From Candidatus Zixiibacteriota bacterium (GTDB lineage: Bacteria; Zixibacteria; MSB-5A5; GN15; PGXB01), in assembly GCA_003641425.1 (NCBI GenBank), contig QNAH01000001.1:1-33227 (forward strand): a DNA stretch of 33,227 nt. The letters are read 5' to 3'. This document shows, one piece after another, positions 27,272-33,227 of this stretch. The notes under the pieces were generated by a model. It was given only the letters and a program-made list of their open reading frames with translations. It did not search any database and had not been told where the DNA came from. The position numbers and the translations under genes are program-made. Numbering within the stretch: the stretch's first letter is position 1; each line of letters begins with the position of its first letter.

Positions 27272-27886
27272 ATGTCAGAAGAAAATGGGGCATCAAAATC
27301 CGAAAAACTATCCAATCCCCAAACCTGGGTGGATGTACACGGTGATTTTCTTTTCGGATATGCTATCCTGCGATTGAAGGATACCTCTACCGCGGAAGAT
27401 GCTGTGCAGGAGACTTTTTTAGCCGCCCTGAATGCCAGGGATTCTTTCAGGGGCCAGTCCGGCGAACGGACCTGGCTCGTTTCTATCCTTAAGAACAAAA
27501 TCATCGACCATTTTCGTCGCCTCAGCCGGGAGGTCGATTTCCACAATAATGATATTGACGTAATCGATGATGATTTTATTGCATCCGGCCCGAGAGCGGG
27601 TACCTGGAAAGCCGGTCAAAGACCATCCGAGTGGGTAGTCGACGCTGCCGACCTTGCCGAACAAAAAGAATTCTGGGAATATCTGCGCAAATGCATCGAT
27701 CGGATGCCGCCGCATATCGGGATGGTCTTTATCCTGCGCGACATCGAGAATATGAAAAATGAAGATATCTGTAACGTTTTGACGGTTCAGCCGACTAATC
27801 TGAGAGTAATATTGCACCGTGCGCGAAAGCGTTTACGCCGGTGCCTTGAAAAAATATGGCTGAATACCGAAAGGAGCGAACGGTGA
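27272..27886 (+). CDS. ECF-type RNA polymerase sigma-70 factor
   Basis: Region 2 ('DAVQETFLAAL...ERTWLVSILKNKIIDHFRR') and region 4 ('ICNVLTVQPTNLRVILHRARKRLRRCL'). About 200 aa. Confidence 0.9.
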   Translation: MSEENGASKSEKLSNPQTWVDVHGDFLFGYAILRLKDTSTAEDAVQETFLAALNARDSFRGQSGERTWLVSILKNKIIDHFRRLSREVDFHNNDIDVIDDDFIASGPRAGTWKAGQRPSEWVVDAADLAEQKEFWEYLRKCIDRMPPHIGMVFILRDIENMKNEDICNVLTVQPTNLRVILHRARKRLRRCLEKIWLNTERSER

Positions 27887-28209
27887 AAAAAAGGCCGGGT
27901 ATGTCGGCAAAGGCGATGCTGATGATGTCGAAAGCGATGGGCGGTTTTATGCCTACCTGTCGCGAAGTGTCGCAGCTGACATCACGAGAGTTTGATGAAA
28001 AACTTTTGTTCCGTCAGCGGCTCGGTATCAGACTTCACCTGATTTTCTGCAAATGGTGCCGCCTTTACAGGAATCAGCTTCAATTTATAGATAATTTCCT
28101 CCGCCGATATTCGGCAGATGTCGAAAAAGCCCCGATCGGCATTGAAATCAGTCTTTCCGATGAAACCCGCGACCGTTTCAAGCGTGCCATCAAAGATAAT
28201 AGCAAATAA
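27883..28209 (+). CDS. Soluble zinc-binding (ZAS, HxxxCxxC) anti-sigma factor
   Basis: The GTG at 27883 overlaps the sigma stop (GTGA), with AAGGAG 7 nt upstream. 'C-REVSQL...' followed by 'HLIFCKWC' gives the C...H-x3-C-x2-C ZAS motif. There is no TM segment. Confidence 0.75.
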   Translation: MKKRPGMSAKAMLMMSKAMGGFMPTCREVSQLTSREFDEKLLFRQRLGIRLHLIFCKWCRLYRNQLQFIDNFLRRYSADVEKAPIGIEISLSDETRDRFKRAIKDNSK

Positions 28210-28398
28210 CCCGCAATTTCTAAAACCCCTCGAAAATAATTATCCTTTTCAATAACAAAGACTTATATGATCTACAATTGAATTTAACCAGAGTATTTTC
28301 AATAGCTGTCCACTTTTTATGTAACGAAAAGCGATACCGGGCGACTAAGAATCAAAACAATAAAAGGGATTAACAAACCCAGGCAAGGAGAAGAAACT

Positions 28399-28521
28399 AT
28401 GTCGATGATGTGCAACAAAGAAAGCTGTAAAGCAAAGAGAGGTATGTGCGGGCATGAAAAGATGATGATGTGGGGAATTTTGATAGTCTCCGCAATCGGT
28501 CTTTCTTACTGGCTTATTTAG
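28399..28521 (+). CDS. 40-aa Cys/Met-rich single-TM micro-protein
   Basis: SD AGGAG lies 8 nt upstream of the ATG. The translation is MSMMCNKESCKAKRGMCGHEKMMMWGILIVSAIGLSYWLI. The N-terminal half has 3 Cys, 1 His and 7 Met. The C-terminal half is a TM helix. It is below the ORF-track size cutoff. Confidence 0.55.
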   Translation: MSMMCNKESCKAKRGMCGHEKMMMWGILIVSAIGLSYWLI

Positions 28522-28571
28522 AGATGGGACAAAAAGCAGGAAATATTAACAAATACAAAGAAGGAGTAATA

Positions 28572-29378
28572 ATGATGAAAGCAATGAAAAACATGATTTT
28601 AGGTCTGTTGCTGACTGGGGCGATGATGACGACCGCGGCGGCCCAAAAAGATCCGGGTAATCCCTGTGGTCATAAGAACGGCATGATGTTTCATATCGAT
28701 GACCCGATGAGCCGCAATTCGGTGACTTTCAAGAGTACCGCCCCTCTGGAGGATATTGTGGGGACCAGCAATGAGATAACCGGCTACATTCAATTCAATC
28801 CGAGCCATCCCGAAAACGGCGGTCATGGGGAGTTTACCGTTCCGGTGGCCAGTCTCAATACCGGAATTCCTCTGAGAGATGAGCATCTGCGAAGCGCCGA
28901 TTGGCTGAATGCCGGCGCGTATCCCGACATCAAACTGACCGTCAAGAATATCAAGAATATAAAGGAAGTCAAATCGTCGGGTGATGCCCAGACATACGAC
29001 ATAACTTTCATGGGTAATCTGTCTTTTAACGGAAAGACCCGATATACCAAGGTCAAAGGGCGGATGACCTACCTTCAGGAAAGTGAAGCCACGAAACAAC
29101 GTATGCCGGGTGATCTGGTGGCGGTTCGCGCGGAGTTAAATATCCCGCTGGCGGAGTTCGATGTAATCGGACCGGAGGGAATGGGTATTATCGGCTCCAA
29201 GGTCGGCAAGACAATCGATGTCGAGATCAGCCTGATGGCAAGCACCCGAGCATCGTCACTTGCCGCCGAGGCCGGGAATCCGTGCGGGGACAAGGCGATG
29301 AATCCCTGTAATCCCTGCGGTGGGAAATCAATGGACGCGCACAATCCGTGCGGGATGAAGAAGAGCGACTCAAGGTAA
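28572..29378 (+). CDS. YceI-like periplasmic protein with NPCG-repeat Cys-rich termini
   Basis: SD AAGGAG precedes the ATG at 28572, followed by signal peptide MMKAMKNMILGLLLTGAMMTTAAA. YceI-like core ('SVTFKSTAPLEDIVGTSNEITGYIQF...VPVASLNTGIPLRDEHLRSADWLNAGAYPDIKL'). GNPCGH follows the signal peptide. The tail is GNPCGDKAMNPCNPCGGKSMDAHNPCGMKK. Confidence 0.75.
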   Translation: MMKAMKNMILGLLLTGAMMTTAAAQKDPGNPCGHKNGMMFHIDDPMSRNSVTFKSTAPLEDIVGTSNEITGYIQFNPSHPENGGHGEFTVPVASLNTGIPLRDEHLRSADWLNAGAYPDIKLTVKNIKNIKEVKSSGDAQTYDITFMGNLSFNGKTRYTKVKGRMTYLQESEATKQRMPGDLVAVRAELNIPLAEFDVIGPEGMGIIGSKVGKTIDVEISLMASTRASSLAAEAGNPCGDKAMNPCNPCGGKSMDAHNPCGMKKSDSR

Positions 29379-29397
29379 AAAGGCAGGTCAGGTAATT

Positions 29398-30456
29398 ATG
29401 AAGATAATGAACAAACATGCAATCGCCCTGGCAATGACTCTGATTGTCGCGGTAGCAAGCATTTTACCGATCGGGCCGGTAAAGGAAGCGGGCGCCCGGT
29501 CCAATAACGGACCGGGCGTTCGCCCCAATAATGATAACGGTGAAATACCGGAATCGGATTTGATATATGTAACCGGCAGCAGTTTTGCAATGGGGTATGA
29601 TCAGGCTTATGAGGACGGGCGCCCGGTGCACGAGGTAACCCTTAATCCTTTTTATATAGATCGATATGAAGTAACCAATGCCCGGTTCAGGGAATTTGTC
29701 GATGCTCCCGGTTATGTAACGACGGCGGAGCACGGCGGTTACTGCTGGGCGTATCTGGAGGGCGCCGAAGATTTCCAGAGGATTTTGGGTGCCTACTGGC
29801 GTCAGCCGGAGGGACCGGGTTCCTCGATCGAAAACCGGCTGAATCATCCGGTGGTCTGTGTCAGCTGGCATGACGCCGCCGCATATGCGGCCTGGGCTGG
29901 TAAACGCCTGCCGACCGAAGCGGAGTGGGAATATGCCGCCCGCGCGGGCGCCGACGATCATTACAGAGCCGACACCGGAGAGCATCATGGCGGGCAGGAT
30001 CATGCAACGGTCGCCAATGATCACTCGCCGTCCTCGAAAAGCCATCGTAACAACATGGAATTCCATGCCATGGGCGCTCAACAGTCCGGTGAGAATCAGG
30101 TCCGGGCCAATATCTGGCAGGGCACATGGCCGGATGTCAATCATCTCGATGACGGCTTTTTCTACACTGCGCCGGTGGGAGGTTTTTCCCCCAATGATTG
30201 GGGCGTGCATGATATGATCGGCAATGTCTGGGAATGGACCGCCGACTGGTATGCGCCTGATTATTATCTGAACTCACCGGCAAGCAATCCATCGGGTCCG
30301 GACAGCGGCGACAACCGGGTGGCCCGGGGCGGGAGCTGGTTCTGCAGTCCCAATTACTGCGGCGCTTACTCGACTCATTACCGCGGCGCCAGTCCGCCGG
30401 ATCATGCTTTCAATAATGTCGGATTCCGGTGTGCCGCTGATGCCGATTACGAGTAA
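29398..30456 (+). CDS. Formylglycine-generating-enzyme (FGE/SUMF1) family protein, exported, with His-rich insertion
   Basis: Signal/anchor at the N-terminus. 'HPVVCVSWHDAAAYAAWAGKRLPTEAEWEYAARAG', 'GNVWEWTADWY', and 'RGGSWFCSPNYCGAYSTHYRG...VGFRCAAD'. Both FGE active-site cysteines (C-x4-C) are present. A His-rich insert of about 50 aa lies at nt 29950-30100. Confidence 0.85.
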   Translation: MKIMNKHAIALAMTLIVAVASILPIGPVKEAGARSNNGPGVRPNNDNGEIPESDLIYVTGSSFAMGYDQAYEDGRPVHEVTLNPFYIDRYEVTNARFREFVDAPGYVTTAEHGGYCWAYLEGAEDFQRILGAYWRQPEGPGSSIENRLNHPVVCVSWHDAAAYAAWAGKRLPTEAEWEYAARAGADDHYRADTGEHHGGQDHATVANDHSPSSKSHRNNMEFHAMGAQQSGENQVRANIWQGTWPDVNHLDDGFFYTAPVGGFSPNDWGVHDMIGNVWEWTADWYAPDYYLNSPASNPSGPDSGDNRVARGGSWFCSPNYCGAYSTHYRGASPPDHAFNNVGFRCAADADYE

Positions 30457-30479
30457 GACGTAAGAGAAGGAGGAGAATC

Positions 30480-30581
30480 ATGACTGCGAAAACAAAAAAA
30501 ATAATTGTCACGACGCTGTTCCTGACTGCGGTTGTACTGGCTGTCTGGCAGATTACGGGCGGCGGGATTTTACGAGAGTAA
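30480..30581 (+). CDS. 33-aa single-TM micro-protein
   Basis: Very strong SD GAAGGAGG lies 6 nt upstream of the ATG. The translation is MTAKTKKIIVTTLFLTAVVLAVWQITGGGILRE. Confidence 0.5.
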   Translation: MTAKTKKIIVTTLFLTAVVLAVWQITGGGILRE

Positions 30582-31126
30582 TATTATTACCAAAACGGTA
30601 ACCCGCGACTCTTTCCGACTGGGTCTTCTTCCGACCCCGTCGAGTATGATCGACAAACATATGCTCTCGGTAATATCATTGCTCGGGCCGTTATGGTTTG
30701 TGACACTTGTTTTATCCTGGCGCTCACGGCGCAGATTGAACCGGGCCGGTTCATGAATGGTACGGTCGATCTCGGATATCGGTTGAAAACCTCTATCGTC
30801 TTTCTCATTCGGCGGCATCGACTGCCCCCTGATCGACTACCGGATATTTACGGACGAATTCAATCAGCATGATCAACCCGATAATGAGAAAGACGGCGTC
30901 GTTGAAAATGAAAATGAGCGGCAGGTCGGCGTTCATGTAATGCCCGGCCAACACGGCGGCAAGGATCAAAACCGAAATGGTATTTTTTTGATATTTGAAG
31001 GCTGTAAGACGGCCGGGAAAAAGATAAAATACATATTAAGTATCACAGGCGCGATATATAAATTCCTTGATTTTTTCAGCCCATAGATAATAGGTTGAAA
31101 AAAATATATTATCGTTAGGAATAATA

Positions 31127-31357
31127 ATGGCTCGCGCACCATTTCAGGTCCTGGTATTTCCTTATTATATAAATAATGACGGGAATATCGTTTATGCCGT
31201 TTTTAAACGTCGGCCTGATAACGGAGATTTCTGGCAACCGATTGCGGGAGGTGGAGAGGATGACGAGACGCCTTTGCAGGCCGCCTGCCGGGAGGATTTC
31301 GACCCAAATAAACATATAATAAAAAGCCGACGAACCGGACCCATACCCAACCGGTAA
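31127..31357 (+). pseudogene. Truncated NUDIX hydrolase remnant
   Basis: 'FQVLVFPY...YAVFKRRPDNGDFWQPIAGGGEDDETPLQAACRE' is a NUDIX N-terminus with the start of the Nudix box (G-x5-E-x7-RE). The expected 'U-x-EE-x-G-U' and the rest of the fold are replaced by unrelated sequence (DFDPNKHIIKSRRTGPIPNR*). Confidence 0.55.
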
Positions 31358-31467
31358 CGTAAAATAAGATAAAGTTAACCATGACGCAACCATTGACAGA
31401 TAAGAGTGTAATATAGCATAATCCGCCCATATCGATAATTGTCATTTGTTTTTAAAAGGATTGAAAT

Positions 31468-32931
31468 CTATTCGGTGCGGAGGGCTTCGACCGGATCGAC
31501 CCGGGCGGCGCGCGAGGCGGGATAAAATCCGGCGGCGAGGCTAACCAGCAGGCCGAATAAAAGCGCGGTCAGGATCAGCCAGGGGGGCAGGGCGAAGAGG
31601 TCCATCTCGGGGATGTCCTGTTTTTCCATGATTACTTTTATTACCAGTGATGCCGCGCGGGTAATGACCCACCCGAAGATAATTCCGAAGACCGCGCCGA
31701 TGGACCCGATCAGCCCGGATTCGGCCAGGAAGAGAAGTCGTATGTCGCGCTCATCGGCCCCCAGCGATTTCAATATGCCGATTTCGCGTCGGCGTTCGAT
31801 GATTGACATCACCATCGTATTGACAATGCCGAGCGAGGCGGTGATGAGGGCGATCAATCCGATGACACCGAGGCCCATGTCGAAATAGATAAAGAATTTT
31901 TGCATCTCGGCGAATTGTTCGGCATAGCTGAAGGTCCTGAAGCCCATCGCCTTGATCGAATCGCGTGCCGAGGTGTATGTTATATTCGGGTCAAGATTGA
32001 CGGTTACTTTGGGATAGAAACGTCCTCCCGCTTCGTCTCCGGTACCGAGCAGATTTCCGCTTTGCAAAGCGGCGAAAAGATCGGCCGGATTATCGGACAT
32101 CCCGCCGTAACTGAATCGTTCGGCGGTGGCAGTCGGTATGATAACCGGTTTGATGCGCATCATACCTCCCTGCCCGCCTTCCATGACACCGCGGATAATC
32201 AGCGTATCCCTCAGCACCGCTTTGGCATTGAGGAAACCGTCAAGAAAACGCATCATGGCATTGCCCAGTTCCCGGCGGACGATACGTTTGGTATAGGCGG
32301 CATGTATCAACGAATCAAAATGTATTTCTTTGATGCGCTCTTTGAGAGTGCTGTCCATTTTCGGGATGATATGTACGATACCGCTGTCGATGCTGGCGAC
32401 ACTGACTGAGATGATAAGAGTGTCGCCAATCAGCGAATCGGCCTTGCCGATATTAAGCAGGTGGAGGAATTGCTCGGTCACGATGGCTTCTTTGGCGCAG
32501 TCGCTTTCGAAAGCCGAACCGGCGGCAAAATGTGAATATGCTTTTGTGTTCATCGCCTCGACCGAAAGCGCCTGGGCCGAGATGGACAACTCTGTATCGG
32601 AAATATTTGCGGTCAGGTCGAAGTCATCGAAAGGATAGGCCAGTTTGACGCCGGGCAGATCGGAAATGGCGGCGACAGCACGGGCATCGAGAATCGCGGG
32701 TGGCATGGTGTCGGTCGGTTGAGCATCTCCGGGCGGATAGACCTGCATAGTATTGAAAAGATCGAGTTTCTCGTATTGCTCGGAGACATTCCTCTGCATC
32801 CCGGCCCCGAAGGATAACATCGCCACGAAAGCGGCGATGGCGATTATAACGCCTGAGACAGTCAAGAAGGCACGCAGTTTCATGCGCCATAGGTTGCCGG
32901 TTGAGATAGACACAAAATCCCTGAAAGTCAT
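31468..32931 (-). CDS. ABC transporter permease, FtsX/MacB-LolCE family
   Basis: N-terminal TM helix, a large periplasmic domain, and a C-terminal FtsX-type 3-TM bundle ('GIVNTMVMSIIERRREIGILKSLGA...'). It ends 'RAARVDPVEALRTE'. ATGA overlap with the upstream ATPase gene. Confidence 0.88.
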   Translation of the reverse strand: MTFRDFVSISTGNLWRMKLRAFLTVSGVIIAIAAFVAMLSFGAGMQRNVSEQYEKLDLFNTMQVYPPGDAQPTDTMPPAILDARAVAAISDLPGVKLAYPFDDFDLTANISDTELSISAQALSVEAMNTKAYSHFAAGSAFESDCAKEAIVTEQFLHLLNIGKADSLIGDTLIISVSVASIDSGIVHIIPKMDSTLKERIKEIHFDSLIHAAYTKRIVRRELGNAMMRFLDGFLNAKAVLRDTLIIRGVMEGGQGGMMRIKPVIIPTATAERFSYGGMSDNPADLFAALQSGNLLGTGDEAGGRFYPKVTVNLDPNITYTSARDSIKAMGFRTFSYAEQFAEMQKFFIYFDMGLGVIGLIALITASLGIVNTMVMSIIERRREIGILKSLGADERDIRLLFLAESGLIGSIGAVFGIIFGWVITRAASLVIKVIMEKQDIPEMDLFALPPWLILTALLFGLLVSLAAGFYPASRAARVDPVEALRTE

Positions 32932-33227
32932 TTTGTTGCCCCCGGTTCAGTCTCTCCCGAAGTATTATCTATAATCTGCCCGTAGTGCATGCGGACGATC
33001 CGGGCGGCATAGCGACCGGCAAGTTCGAGATCATGAGTTACCATGACAACGGTCAGACCTTTGCGGTTGAGATCAGTCAGCAGATCGGCGATCTGTATAG
33101 AATTCCCCTGATCGAGGTTGCCGGTCGGTTCGTCGGCAAAAAGCACCTCCGGATTTTTGACCAGCGCCCGGGCGATCGAAACCCGCTGTTGCTCACCGCC
33201 GGAGAGATCGGCGGGGTGATGATCGAC
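32928..33227 (-). CDS. ABC transporter ATP-binding protein (LolD/MacB-type), 5' partial (start lies right of window)
   Basis: The frame is open to the window edge. ABC signature '[15 protein letters not shown]', Walker B '[12 protein letters not shown]' and H-loop 'MVTHD'. Confidence 0.9.
   Translation of the reverse strand, partial: VDHHPADLSGGEQQRVSIARALVKNPEVLFADEPTGNLDQGNSIQIADLLTDLNRKGLTVVMVTHDLELAGRYAARIVRMHYGQIIDNTSGETEPGATK

Noticed and set aside
28470-28571. Upstream extension of the YceI-like ORF (alternative-codon start at 28470)
   Set aside because: The extension overlaps the 40-aa micro-protein gene and has no signal peptide. The ATG at 28572 has an AAGGAG SD and is followed directly by a signal peptide.
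29464-30217. 248-aa minus-strand and 119-aa + strand ORFs inside the FGE-like gene
   Set aside because: They are shadow ORFs of a GC-richer gene. The + frame starting at 29398 carries all the FGE motifs.
30532-30818. 74-aa (+) and 73/82-aa (-) ORFs in the gap after the FGE cluster
   Set aside because: They overlap one another and have no SD and no motif. Their composition looks like non-coding DNA. The GAACCGGgCCGGTTC palindrome at about 30738-30752 has no T-tract, so I did not call it a terminator either.
30805-30969. Possible 43-54 aa two-TM ORF on the minus strand (…MNADLPLIFIFNDAVFLIIGLIMLIEFVRKY…)
   Set aside because: It is hydrophobic and plausible, but neither the ATG (30936) nor the TTG (30969) start has an SD. 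There is no supporting context, so the evidence is too weak to call.
31393-31422. TTGACA-18 nt-CATAAT promoter-like sequence on the + strand
   Set aside because: It points into the 3' end of the convergent FtsX gene with no downstream + strand gene. It is likely a chance match in AT-rich DNA, although an antisense RNA cannot be excluded.
1-33227. Global stop-codon reassignment (TGA or TAA read as sense) as the explanation for the in-frame stops in hemA, DUF3179 and the SelW-like gene
   Set aside because: - TGA ends yejM-like, hemL, hemE, the AraC-MGMT gene and the sigma factor at the expected protein ends.
- TAA ends hemC, hemD, hemN and pepF.
- TAG ends the OMP, T9SS, RR and HK genes.
- All three codons clearly function as stops. 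The TGAs are therefore better explained by local Sec recoding or mutation.
1-33227. CRISPR arrays, transposases/integrases, prophage or known defence-system genes
   Set aside because: I found no regularly spaced repeats, no recombinase or transposase-like ORF and no nuclease/helicase/ATPase defence architecture. Gene content is housekeeping and envelope.

Overview
This is 33.2 kb of ordinary chromosomal DNA. I saw no transposase, integrase, CRISPR array or recognisable defence genes. The source is probably an uncultured, anaerobe-like bacterium of the FCB type, because two secreted proteins end in T9SS C-terminal sorting domains (QNYPNPFN...). That taxonomic guess is inference only.

Gene content, left to right:
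- a 5'-partial TonB-dependent-receptor-like barrel and a small OM beta-barrel
- a divergent pair of T9SS cargo genes: a Reg_prop beta-propeller protein and a large S8 subtilase
- a monocistronic tRNA-Glu(UUC) with a near-consensus promoter and terminator
- a YejM/PbgA-like membrane sulfatase-fold protein, an M3B oligoendopeptidase F, a membrane-anchored YiiX-like permuted-papain protein and an AraC-HTH/MGMT fusion
- a tightly coupled heme operon hemA-C-D-L-E-N, with no hemB
- a histidine kinase / OmpR-type regulator pair and a secreted hypothetical protein
- an envelope/redox cluster, described below
- a truncated NUDIX remnant and an FtsX-permease / ABC-ATPase pair that runs off the right edge

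Main results of the hunt:
1. A SelW/Rdx-family selenoprotein gene (26831..27064, CxxU with in-frame TGA) is missing from the ORF track. It has a SECIS-like hairpin with a GGUCU apical loop.
2. The gene immediately upstream is a lectin-dockerin-DUF3179 fusion that the ORF track splits in two. The only break is a single in-frame TGA, at the position where, as I recall the family, its YCPLC motif has Cys. A hairpin follows at the same UGA-to-loop spacing. It is a candidate new selenoprotein; the null hypothesis is a nonsense mutation.
3. Directly downstream lies a cluster of an ECF sigma factor, a soluble ZAS (HxxxCxxC) anti-sigma factor, a Cys/Met-rich micro-membrane-protein, a YceI-like protein with NPCG repeats, a formylglycine-generating-enzyme (FGE)-like protein with a His-rich insert, and a second micro-membrane-protein. 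This looks like an undescribed thiol/metal envelope module.
4. hemA carries an in-frame TAA. It is followed by 68 in-frame codons that still look like the HemA C-terminus and end in a TTGA overlap with hemC.
5. A nested inverted-repeat (MITE-like) element lies at 2248..2492.

All functional calls come from reading motifs by eye. No database search was run.
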